Shown here piece by piece: positions 1-10,362 of a stretch of 36,086 nucleotides of DNA (positions are counted from its first letter, which is position 1; every line of letters begins with the position of its first letter). The translations under genes and the position numbers were made by a program. The notes below the pieces were generated by a model that saw only the letters and a program-made list of their open reading frames with translations, was not told the DNA's origin and did not search any database. Location of the stretch: the NCBI RefSeq assembly GCF_006345805.1, contig NW_021836432.1, positions 1-36,086 on the forward strand, read 5' to 3'. The stretch is from Octopus sinensis (taxonomy: Eukaryota).

Positions 1-62
1 GTTAACGTTTGATAAATTGATGCACTGATAACGAGGATCATTTATGGCCCACGAGCGTAGTT

Positions 63-64
63 AA

Positions 65-95
<31 letters not shown>

Positions 96-320
96 ACTTT
101 TGCTATTTATATTTATCTTTCTCTCTCTCTCATTTCCACTCACTTCGCTTCCCTCTCTCCCCTATGCTCACTCTCCCCTACGCTCTCTCTCCCCTTCTTT
201 TTGCTTGTCTCTGTCACTTTGTCTCTCTCTCTGTCTTTTTATCTATGTCTCTGTTTGACTCTCTTTCTCTCCCTCTGTTTCTTTGTCTGTCTCTCTCTAT
301 ATATAGATGTCTTTCTCTCT
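63..320. repeat. Degenerate (CT)n polypyrimidine tract
   Basis: Almost purely C/T on the + strand; explains ORF 164..355. Confidence 0.9.
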
Positions 321-494
321 CGTTCGCGATACCCTTAAAGGCAGGAACTTTTTAAAACCCCATCTTTTGTGCGCGCGCACGTTTGTTTGTATTAATCAAT
401 GGAATTCCAACCTAGTCTCATTTTCACGTTTTATTATTTATAATTCTTATAATTTTACAATATCATAACAATAGAATATACATTTATAGTGATA

Positions 495-532
495 AAACTA
501 GTACTTTCATGTGTTACGCAATCTTCAGGTTT
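495..532 (-). ncRNA. Degenerate minimal type I hammerhead ribozyme motif
   Basis: Minus strand reads aaac-CTGAAGA-ttgcgtaacacat-GAAA-gtac-TA-gttt. Helix I is aaac/gttt, helix III is the palindrome AGTACT, helix II is damaged. Confidence 0.5.
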
Positions 533-582
533 ATGCAGTCGTTAGTAATAGTGACAGCCGTGTTCTACAATTCACGACTGCA

Positions 583-885
583 TTGTTTGTTCCTTCTCGA
601 GCCACGCCTGGCTCATAAGGGCCGGTTTCCGGTTTCCTTGGCGTATAGGTTACCCACCTGGACGGGACTACGGTCCGTCGCTGGTGAGCTGCAAGATGCA
701 GGAGGAAAGAGTGAGAGAAAGTTGTGGCGAAAGAGTCAGCAGAAGTTCGCCATTACCTTCTGCCGGAGCCGCGTGGAGCTTAGGTGTTTCGCTCATAAAC
801 ACACACATCGCCCGGTCTGAGATTCAAACCCGGGATCCATCGACCGCGAGTCCGCTGCTCTAACCACTAGGCCATGTGCCTCCAC
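583..885 (-). mobile_element. tRNA-derived SINE (family C, V-domain-like body), full length
   Basis: Minus strand starts gtggaggcacaTGGCCTAGTGGttag (A box) then GGTTTGAATCT (B-box-like), has cccgtccagg..gaaaccgg near the 3' end and an (ACAA) tail. Flanking duplication cacgactg at 573-580 and 883-890. Confidence 0.85.
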
Positions 886-906
886 GACTGGCATTACTAC
901 TACATC

Positions 907-942
907 AACCTGATGATCGCGTAACGAATGAAAGTACTAGTT
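907..942 (+). ncRNA. Degenerate minimal type I hammerhead ribozyme motif
   Basis: aac-CTGATGA-tcgcgtaacgaat-GAAA-gtac-TA-gtt; helix III palindrome AGTACT; AATAAA at 950-955. Confidence 0.5.
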
Positions 943-1361
943 TCATCACAATAAATATATAATACTCCAATATTATAATATTGTACAACTGTAAATATTA
1001 TAAATAATAAAACGTGAAAATCAGACTAGGCTGGAATTATATTGAATAATATATTATTCTATACACAAAGAACACGGAAAGTTGGGCCTCCAGCCAGGCA
1101 TTTCGCGGCAACCTTAAAGCCAGACACTTTCAGCACCGCTTCATAATCTGGGCTAGTGAAAAATATATATATGATGGCGAAAGACACTGATATCAGCAAC
1201 AACAAAAGCAAATGTTAAACGTTAGACACATACAAAGATGAATGCCTACACACACATACACAAAAGCATGTACACACAGAGAAAAGCATACACACAAAGA
1301 CACATACACGTCCACATATAGACACACCAACACATACGCGCAGGCTCGCATGCACACTCAA

Positions 1362-1878
<517 letters not shown>

Positions 1879-2201
1879 CCTCATTGACAGACAGAAAGAC
1901 AAACAGACGGACAGTGAGATAGAAAACATATATACATATGTTCGAAAAAGACAGAGAATAATAATAAACAGAAGATGAAATTAAAGCAAAATTATTCAAT
2001 TCTTATTTATTTTAAGGTAATTGGCACTAAACCTAATTTTTAATTTCCAAAGATTCTAAAAGAGCAAAATCGATTGACACAGATTGATAAGTACATCACT
2101 AATTCGATTAGAAATCGAACTATTTTTGGCATGATCTATTTACACTCGTTGGGATAAAAAGAAAGCAGTTTCATCTCTTGGTTACTCTTTTACGTCAGGG
2201 C

Positions 2202-2202
<1 letters not shown>

Positions 2203-2255
<53 letters not shown>

Positions 2256-2414
2256 CTTTTTTTTTCTTCTTTCAAATTTGCTTCCATTTCTTGCCGAGTG
2301 TCTTCCCGACTCCTAGGGCAGAGAAACTCATAGTATACATTGGTAGGCCATTAAACTAAACTCAGTAGTTCGTTCATTTTTATATTTTTTTATTAAAAAA
2401 AAAATTTTTTTAAG

Positions 2415-2501
<87 letters not shown>

Positions 2502-2595
2502 TAGCAGAAGTAACGGAGTATCTGAAGGTCCGAGAGTTTTGAGTAGTTGGTAACGCTCAAGACTCCAGGATTTTGAATCACTCTGCTAGATATTA
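2203..2595 (-). mobile_element. (TTA)n arrays with two short inserts (2255-2416 and 2502-2595), probably 3' ends of (TAA)n-associated non-LTR retrotransposons
   Basis: Non-repetitive blocks directly abut (TTA)n and run into (AAT)n on the minus strand. An R4/Dong-like assignment is inference from target preference only. Confidence 0.4.
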
Positions 2596-2654
2596 GTAAA
2601 AATATACTTATTCTTCTATTGTTCCATCAACATACCTAAACACAGTCCAGCATT

Positions 2655-2852
2655 CGCCATGATAGATCGCTAGCCACTAAACCTATTTTCTATTTTCTCT
2701 CTTTGTTTATTTCTGTGTCCCTTTCTGTCGAAGAGCGTAGGCTCGAAACATAAAAGACTTTCTCACTTCCCGAGCGTTAAATTTATATATCTGTTTGTTG
2801 TTAATACACCTGTCTTCGTCTTTTATTTTTTTTTTAATTCTCATTATATATA
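2655..2852 (+). mobile_element. (TA)n-abutting PLE-like terminal fragment (family P1) with variant hammerhead at 2721-2756
   Basis: Homologous to minus-strand copies at 4641-4832 and 19271-19520 (cgccatgatagatcg...gaagagcgtaggctcgaaac..aaaagacttt...cacctgtcttcgtctttt); the 3' end runs into TA repeats. Confidence 0.7.
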
Positions 2853-2901
2853 TGTACACACACACACACACACATATGTTTATATATATATATATATATA
2901 T

Positions 2902-3086
2902 ATTATTGGTGAATTGAAGAAATGGAGCTGAACGCAGATTGAACAGAAATCGTTTTATTTCATTCTACACGTGTTTCGAAAGGCACAAATTACCAAAATT
3001 TGTGCCTTTCGAAACACGTGTAGAATGAAATAAAACGATTTCTGTTCAATCTGCGTTCAGCTCCATTTCTTCAATTCACCAATAAT
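2902..3086. repeat. Perfect palindrome with 90-bp arms and a 5-nt loop, containing hammerhead 3' halves
   Basis: 2902-2991 is the exact reverse complement of 2997-3086; loop accaa (2992-2996). Right arm reads ..tgtgcctttc-GAAA-cacgtg-TA-gaatgaAATAAA. Confidence 0.95.
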
Positions 3087-3236
3087 GTTTTAATTTCAAT
3101 TATCCGCACCAACGCATGGTTGCAACGCCAGATGGTTGTACCTCCAACCGTGCTGTTTACTGGTTGATTTTTGCTACTAAGGTATCGGTTAAACTTTTGA
3201 TTATCTACTACAAGATTATTCATCTTTCTATTTCAC

Positions 3237-3276
<40 letters not shown>

Positions 3277-3322
3277 ATATGAATATATAGTATACATACA
3301 TACATACATATATAATATATAA

Positions 3323-3354
<32 letters not shown>

Positions 3355-3477
3355 TATATATATATACATATTTCATTTACATATACATATATACATACAT
3401 ATATAATACATATGTATATATATACATGTGTGTGAGTGTATATATACATACACAGACATTCATATACACATTTTTCT

Positions 3478-3705
3478 GTGTGTATGTCTCTTGTTTGTCC
3501 CGAACCCACCGCATGATAGCCTGTGCGGTGTTGTTTTATTTACATCCCCGTCGCCTAGATGTTCGTCCCAAAATACCGCTACAATAAGTAGCAGATATTA
3601 CAAAAAAAAACCGGGATCTACTTGCTCGACAAAAATCCTTGCAGGACTGTGCCCCAGTATGGCCGCAGTCAAATTACTTAAAGAAATGACAAGACAAAAG
3701 AAGAA
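3478..3705 (+). mobile_element. SINE family A, diverged 3' half
   Basis: tttacatccccgt..., aataagta, gccccagtatggccgcagtcaaat match the 3' half of copies such as 6745-7143. Confidence 0.75.
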
Positions 3706-4279
3706 AAACAACTACAAAACAAAATAAAACTCAGTACTCCGACAAACTTTTCGTTTATGTGTGTGTGTATGTTTATATTTGTGTGCGTACGTGTATGAAT
3801 CTGTGTGTTAAATATGGCGGCTGTATCAAAGCCACTAAACGCAACAGCGTTCGTTTAACGGATACAGCGAAAAACAAAATTATGTTGCAATATTTTATGA
3901 ACTCGGCAGACGTCGCTTGATGCTAAACACCAATTAATTTTATGGCTACAGTCACAGTATTACACAGATAATCCACACATAATAGCTGCTTCTATGGTAT
4001 TTGGATAACAAAAGGTTAGCGAGTGATGGCTGCAGCGGAATGGTGACAATGGTAGTGTTTGCGGTGGTAGTGGTGGTGGTGGTGGTGGTGGTGGACATCT
4101 GATTTACAGGACGAACGGCGACGTCCATTGGTTCTCGCCATTGTCATGAAACCTTGCATTGTGTTCACTGGGCTAAACTGTATTTATGGGCCTTCAGTTA
4201 AAAACACTTTACATAGGAAACGCATTCGCTGTTATACAGGACTTACCGAAGTTCTGTATATGCTATGAGTGCGCGCGCC

Positions 4280-4340
<61 letters not shown>

Positions 4341-4404
4341 ATTAAATAAATATTAGGGAATAAATACAAACTTATTTAAACCTCGCCAAGAAAAATATTT
4401 AAAC

Positions 4405-4468
4405 CATCTGATGAATGACTGCGACTCAAAAATTTGAAGATGTTAGCAGGCATGAAACGATCGTAGTG
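4405..4468 (+). ncRNA. Type I hammerhead ribozyme motif with extended helix II and palindromic helix III
   Basis: cat-CTGATGA-atgactgcgac..loop..gttagcaggcat-GAAA-cgatcg-TA-gtg. Helix II pairs imperfectly, helix III is ACGATCGT, cleavage triplet GUA (4463-4465). Lies in a ~250-bp element (4340-4595) between two (TA)n arrays. Confidence 0.7.
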
Positions 4469-4596
4469 TGATATTAATTATATTTTTTTTATAATTTTTT
4501 GTTATATATTTAAATAATATAAATTAATCATATGTATTGCTTAAGTTTTTCATTGTTTGATTTGCCTAATAGTGGTTTTGTCTCTAATTTAATATA

Positions 4597-4640
<44 letters not shown>

Positions 4641-4642
<2 letters not shown>

Positions 4643-4832
4643 AGGGAAAGTTTACGAAAATAAACAAAAGACGAAAGCAGGTGGTGTACAAACAAACAAA
4701 TGTATTAGTATAGTGCTCAGGAATAGAAAAAGTCTTTTACGTTTCGAGCCTACGCTCTTCGACAAAAAGATACACAGAAAAAAACAAGGAGAGAAAAAAA
4801 TGCGTGTAGGAGCTAACGATCTATCATGGCGT
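4641..4832 (-). mobile_element. PLE-like family P1 copy with variant hammerhead at 4734-4769
   Basis: Reverse-complement match to 2655-2852; ends in (TA)n at ~4595-4641. Confidence 0.7.
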
Positions 4833-4846
4833 CAGATAGATATATA

Positions 4847-4976
4847 ACCAACCAAATGGTTCCGGGTTCAGTCCCACTGCGTGGCATCTTGGGCAAGTGT
4901 CTTCTGCTATAGCCCCGGGCCGACCAATGCCTTGTGAGTGAATTTGGTAGACGAAAACTGAAAGAAGCCTGTCGTA

Positions 4977-5072
<96 letters not shown>

Positions 5073-5293
5073 GTGTTTTTGTTGTGTGTGTGTGTGTGTG
5101 TGTTTGTCCCCCTAGCATTGCTTGACAACCGATGCTGGTGTGTTTAGGTCCCCGTAACTTAGCGGTTCGGCAAAATAAACCGATAGAATAAGTACTGGGC
5201 TTACAAACAATACGTCCCGGGGTCGATTTGCTCAACTAAATGCGGTGCTCCAGCATGGCCGCACTCAAATGACTGAGACAAGTAAAAGAGAAA
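4847..5293 (+). mobile_element. SINE family A (tRNA head, CORE-like domain, internal TA/TG microsatellite), 5'-truncated
   Basis: GGTTCAGTCCC B-box-like motif, cttgggcaagtg CORE-like motif, conserved 3' end ccagcatggccgca.tcaaatgactga.acaagtaaaagag. Resembles the octopus CORE-type (OR) SINEs from recall. Confidence 0.9.
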
Positions 5294-5759
5294 AGTATAT
5301 ATATATATAATCTATTTTGAAACTAGTGAAAAAATAATTTTTGAAGATAATCTTTTCGTGAAATTTATGAAAGCTCTGTATTTCACGGAACTTCAGAATT
5401 GTGTTTTTTCGACAGAACATCGTGGTTCTTCAGCAGACACTGCTCTAGGGATCGTGGCAGCGGTAGTTAAGAGGTGGTGGTGGTCAAAGACAGTGGAATA
5501 ATGAAATAATGGGCATATGGAAGATACACACAAAGAAAATGTTTGACAGTAATAGTGTGTGATAACACTGCTGGAAGCTTAAAAGATTTCGCAGAAAAAT
5601 ATATATTTATAAATCAAGCGCAGAGACAATTCGTCTGTCAAGTCAAATATTTCATACCGCCAAACTGTTGGTTCGTGAATCTTAAACAGCTGCTCGTCTC
5701 TCATAAAACCCAGCAATACCTTACAAAAAACATCATTGCTTGTATTCATGGTATCTGCA

Positions 5760-5811
5760 TGTGTATATATAAAGATTTATATATGTATATATATATAAAT
5801 ATAAGTATATA

Positions 5812-5880
<69 letters not shown>

Positions 5881-5935
5881 TATATAAAACATATATATTA
5901 TATAAACATATATATATATACATATATATATAAAC

Positions 5936-5974
<39 letters not shown>

Positions 5975-6083
5975 CACATATATATACATATATATATAAA
6001 CATATATATATATACATATATACATATATATATACAATTATATATCTATATATATACATATATATATATACACACACATATAT

Positions 6084-6132
<49 letters not shown>

Positions 6133-6140
6133 CATACATA
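5760..6140. repeat. Long (TA)n/(CA) microsatellite
   Basis: Directly visible. Confidence 0.97.
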
Positions 6141-6744
6141 CCTAATATTCTTAGCAACAATCATGTACATTCACAACAGTACGTACTCACAAGCAGCCCT
6201 CTGCACACAGATGCACACTCGCATAAATACACTTCGTGTATGCATTCGAACATTCTAGATAGAAGTATTTCAACTAAGATTCTGTTTTGCTGCAAGGTTG
6301 TAATCTTTATCTTTCCTGTATCAAATACAACAAACCATCCTTCTTTGTCTAAATTCTGGCACATCTTTCATCTTCAAAATATCTACTCTCTTTTCTTATG
6401 CCTCTCATCCTTATCTCTTTCTTTTACACTTACTCGCCAAAGTAAAGAACCTTACTTATTGCTCCTCTACCTTGAGAAATTATTCCCATATCATATTACC
6501 ATAAGTCAACATGCTACAAATTTTATGATGCATTTCAATTCCTTTGACGTTTGACATCAGTTTGGACAATAATTATTAACGTTGTCAGCCAAAGTGAGTT
6601 ACTTCTGACCTTTCCAAGACTATTGGGAAAGTAAAAGATATTAGAGCGTTCATTTGTTAACATCTTTCACGAATTTCTCCCCTACGGACTATATTTCAAC
6701 CGGGATAAGTATTTAAGAGTTATTCATATCTAGTAAAGACACCA

Positions 6745-7143
6745 TGTGTTAAGTTTTAGCTTGCTTACCAACCACATGGTTCTGGGTTCAGTCCTACTGT
6801 GTGGCACCTTGAGCAAGTGTCTTCTACTATAGCCTCGGGCCGAACAAAGCCTTGTGAGTGGATTTGGTAGACGGAAAGTGAAAGAATCCCGTCGTATATA
6901 TGTATATATATATATATATGTGTGTGTGTGCTTGTATGTCTGTGTTTGTTCCCCCTAGCATTGCTTGACAATCGATGCTGGTGTGCTTACGTCTCCGTAA
7001 CTTAGCGGTTCGGCAATAGTGACCGATAGAATAAGCTCTAGGCTTACAAAGAATAAGTCCTGGGGTCAATTTGCTCGACTAAAGGCGGTGCTCCAGCATG
7101 GCCGCAGTCAAATGACTGAAACAAGCAAAAGAGTAAGAGAGTA
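6745..7143 (+). mobile_element. SINE family A, near full length
   Basis: Same motifs as 4847-5293 at high identity. Confidence 0.92.
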
Positions 7144-7170
7144 TTGCAAAAACCACTCTCAGAGAAATCC

Positions 7171-7319
7171 TTTGGTTGTTTGGTACGATACTTGCTTCCT
7201 CATCACATGGTTCTTGGTTCAGTCCCACTGCATGGCACCTTGGACAAGTGTCTTCAGCTATAGCCTCGGGACGACCGACGCCATGCGAGTGGATTTGGTA
7301 GACGGAAACTGAAACACGT

Positions 7320-7372
<53 letters not shown>

Positions 7373-7620
7373 ATGTGTGTGTGTGTGTGTGTGTGTGTCT
7401 GCGTGTGCGTGTTTGTGTGTGTTTATCTCCCAACACCGCATGAGAATTGGTGTTTGGTGTTTAAGTCACCGTTACATAGCGGTTCGGTAAATGGACCAAT
7501 AGAATAAGAACTAGGCTTAAAAAAAAAGTTCTGAAGTCGATTCATTCGATTAAAATCTCTTCAAGGTGGTGCCTGCTACAGCATGGCCACAGTCTAATTA
7601 ATTGAACAAATAAAAAAATA
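7171..7620 (+). mobile_element. SINE family A, older diverged copy in tandem with the previous one
   Basis: ggttcagtcccactg..accttggacaagtgtctt..ggatttggtagacggaaactgaaa..cagcatggccacagtc. Confidence 0.88.
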
Positions 7621-7629
7621 TCTATGTTG

Positions 7630-7675
<46 letters not shown>

Positions 7676-7730
7676 TATGAAATATATGGAGTTATGAACG
7701 ATGGAGGGACGAATTAACAAAATTCCTTTA

Positions 7731-7814
7731 TTTTCGACATATGTTTCGAAGGCTGCATATTCCTAATTGCGAGGATAAGGATTAGTACATTATGCCGCTT
7801 TCTCATCAGGAAAA
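7731..7814 (-). ncRNA. Type I hammerhead ribozyme, apparently intact core
   Basis: Minus strand: ttttc-CTGATGA-gaaagcggcata..loop..tatgcagccttc-GAAA-catatg-TC-gaaaa. Helix I 5 bp, helix II 10 of 12 paired, helix III palindrome ACATATGT, GUC triplet; followed by AATAAA and ~60 nt later (TA)n. Confidence 0.82.
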
Positions 7815-8049
7815 GCAAGGAACTTATGTCAACATCAAGATGCACAAAAAACTTTTAGATGACTGCTCACATATATATATATATACATGCATAAAAATAC
7901 ACACACATACATACAGAAACACTGTTATACATACATTCATTCATACATATGTGTGTGTGTGTGGGTATACACGACGGTCTGCCTGCCACTGCCATTCGCA
8001 AGGCTTTACTCGTCCCGTTATGGCGTATCAGCTTCACGAAAATCTTGAT

Positions 8050-8140
8050 CAAGCACCTACGCACCTTCTCCAGGCCAAACTATCTTAGCTGCAAGGCCAC
8101 GTTATCTTACGGGATTCCCCTCACACAAAACAGTAGAGTT
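8050..8140 (-). mobile_element. Possible degraded RTE-type LINE C-terminal fragment
   Basis: Minus-strand translation across a frameshift gives LAA-DSLAWRRCV, similar to the LASDRDAWRPAV motif at 33522 onward. Confidence 0.3.
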
Positions 8141-8537
8141 TTGCATGAAGGAGATCTAACTACTCTTTCTACCAAATCAAGTGACACAAGGTTGTCCATT
8201 TGTTGTTAGATATTAGCGACCGGTGTTCCTTAAACGACCAGTTAATATTCATCTCAGCTATAATGTAAACGATATCGCTTACTGTTTTAAGATTTATACA
8301 AATTTCCTTTGGCACTGAAGCGAAAATTATATTTAATGACGCGAATTTGATAAAAGTTATTTAAATATTTTATATGAAATCGTCCATTATTTGTTGATGA
8401 TAACACGTTAACGTATAAATTCAATGCAGAAATTTACTCAGCTAAATTCAAGATGGCGCTTATCTTGTTTTATTATTATTATTATTATTATTGTTGTTGT
8501 TGTTGTTATTGTTGTTGTTGTATATACGTGTATGCAA

Positions 8538-8762
8538 AAGGCGGTGAGCTGGCAGAACCGTTAGCACGCCGGGCGAAATTTCGTCTGCTGCTACGTTCTG
8601 AGTTCAAATTCCGCCGATGTCGACTTTGCCTTTCATCTTTTCGGGGTCGATTAAATAAGTACCAGTTAAGCTCTGGGGTCGATATAATGGACTTAATCCG
8701 TTTGTCTGTCCTTGTTTGTCCTCTCTGTGTTTAGCCCCTTGTGGGTAGTAAAGAAATAGGTG
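8538..8762 (+). mobile_element. SINE family B (tRNA head, Meta-domain-like centre)
   Basis: aaggcggtgagctggcagaa..GAGTTCAAATTCC..gcctttcatctttcggggtcga..aagtaccag..ccccttgtgggtagtaaagaaata; at least 7 related copies in the window. Confidence 0.9.
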
Positions 8763-8819
8763 GTGTGAAGACTAACACAAACACATATGTATAAATACAC
8801 ACACGCACATACAGACATA

Positions 8820-8975
8820 GGGTGACTGGCTTCAACACAATCTCCCTCAACCAAATTCACTCGCGGGGCATTGGTCAGCTCGGGGCGATAAAAAAAGACA
8901 CCTTCCCAAGGTGCCACACAATGGGATTGAACTTAAAACCACGCTGATACAAAGCGAGCTTCTTAAATACACAAT
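8820..8975 (-). mobile_element. SINE family A, diverged 5' half
   Basis: cccaaggtgccacacaatgggattgaac is the reverse complement of the head/CORE region. Confidence 0.75.
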
Positions 8976-9216
8976 GGATAATTTTCATTTTGTTAAAAGC
9001 AAAAAAATTCCTCTGACTTAGCAATTATAAATTCTACAATATAACAATATTCAATTATTGTTTGTTTACTTCAGTACAAAGAAATTAATTAATCAACTAA
9101 TTAACGTTGTTTAATAATTATTTCATTATCTAATATTGAGGTTACCAGGTTTTCCGGAATCGACAATGCTGCGATCGCGGAACACGCAACCGAATTTTCA
9201 CTTAAATCTATCTCCA

Positions 9217-10102
9217 TAGGTCTGGCCAAAAGTCACCCGACAGTAAATCAAAATTCCATAAATACTATACTTTCTTTTACTTTATTTTACTTGTTTCAGT
9301 CATTTGACATGCTGGAGCACGGCCTTTAAATTCTGTAATTCCGTAATGACTTGGATGGGAAAATGGGACTTCAGTTTGAACAATTTTCATGATGTTTCAT
9401 ATTTAGATTATTTTATTAAACATGGCGCTGGAGTGGCTGTGTAGTAAGTATCTTGCTTACCAACCACATGGTTCCGGGTTCACTCCCACTGTGTGGCAAC
9501 TTGGACAAGTGTCTTCTACTATAGCCTCGGGCCGATTAATACAATTTGCATAAATCCTAAGACCTCCTTCGGTCATGAATGACCATGTGATTCACCTAGA
9601 AAGTTCCCCTCCCAGGCACAAGTCTAGGCAAGGTCTTTATGGAAGACCAACAGTCGCCTATGCATACAAGACTCCACGCCACCGATATTGTCCAAAGGAG
9701 AGGCAAAGGCTATGACACTGCTTGGCATCAGTCCCACTGCGTGGCATCTTGGGCAAGTGTCTTCTGCTATAGCCTCGGGCCGATTAAAGCCTTGTGAGTG
9801 GATTTGGCAGACTGAAACTGAAAGAAGTCTGTCGTATATATGTATATATATATATGTGTGTGTTTGTGTGTCTGTTTGTCCCCCAACATCGCTTGACAAC
9901 CGGTGCTGGTGTGTTTACGTACCCGTAACTTAGCGGTTCGGCAAAAGAGACCGATAGAATAAGTACTAGGCTTACAAAGAATAAGTCCTGGGGTCGATTT
10001 GCTCAATTGAAGGAGGTGCTCCAGCATGGCCGCAGTCAAATGACTGAAACTAGTAAAAGAGTAAATTTTGATTTACAGTCAGGTGACTTTTGGCCAATCG
10101 TG
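9217..10102. mobile_element. Non-autonomous Tc1/mariner-type element (TIR-bounded) filled with nested SINEs
   Basis: 33-bp inverted repeats tggccaaaagtcacccgacagtaaatcaaaatt (9223-9255) and aattttgatttacagtcaggtgacttttggcca (10064-10096) with 2 mismatches; TA follows the right end (10103-10104). Confidence 0.7.
9424..10063 (+). mobile_element. SINE family A, full length, interrupted by a ~190-bp insert (9540-9732) and carrying a ~55-bp internal duplication
   Basis: Head ggcgctggagtggctgtg; segment cccactg..ccgattaa occurs at 9485-9539 and ~9733-9788; intact 3' end. Confidence 0.88.
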
Positions 10103-10199
10103 TATATCTATCTCCTTATCTAGTTATTTATCAATCGATCTGGGAGAGAAGTGCGAAACTGAGCTACCCTGCGCATACTTTTAGGGCATGTGTCATGTC

Positions 10200-10288
10200 T
10201 CATATACCGAACTGCTACGTTAAGTGGCGTAAACACACCACCAACCGGTTGTCAGCGATGCTGGGAGTACTAACCACACACACACACA

Positions 10289-10290
<2 letters not shown>
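10200..10290 (-). mobile_element. SINE family A internal fragment
   Basis: ccgaactgcta..gtaaacacacca..ccggttgtcagcgatgctggg. Confidence 0.7.

Positions 10291-10362
<72 letters not shown>

Larger units (their letters stand above)
390..1051. mobile_element. Diverged fold-back (inverted-repeat) element with a hammerhead-like motif in each arm, PLE pseudo-LTR-like, interrupted by a SINE
   Basis: Left arm ~390-562 is the reverse complement of 573-580 plus 886-1051 (e.g. ttttcacgttttattatttataat vs attataaataataaaacgtgaaaa; aaactagtactttcat vs atgaaagtactagttt). The loop is ~10 nt (563-572). Confidence 0.75.

Noticed and set aside
509-820. 103-aa ORF with ordinary composition (also 25430-26161 and 32738-33079)
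   Set aside because: These are read-throughs of SINE sequence.
820-885. tRNA gene candidates at SINE heads (also 8538, 9424, 30780)
   Set aside because: A/B boxes are present but there is no complete cloverleaf, and each continues into a SINE body.
1085-1157. Possible Helitron 3' end (ctgggCTAG|T) with weak similarity to 325-355
   Set aside because: No convincing subterminal hairpin and no 5' end visible in the window.
5400-5440. Minus-strand CTGAAGA..GAAA spacing like a hammerhead
   Set aside because: No pairable helix I, II or III.
6330-6530. Minus-strand peptides SMLTYGNMIW and KRVDILKMK reminiscent of an RTE ORF
   Set aside because: Too short and degraded to support without a profile search.
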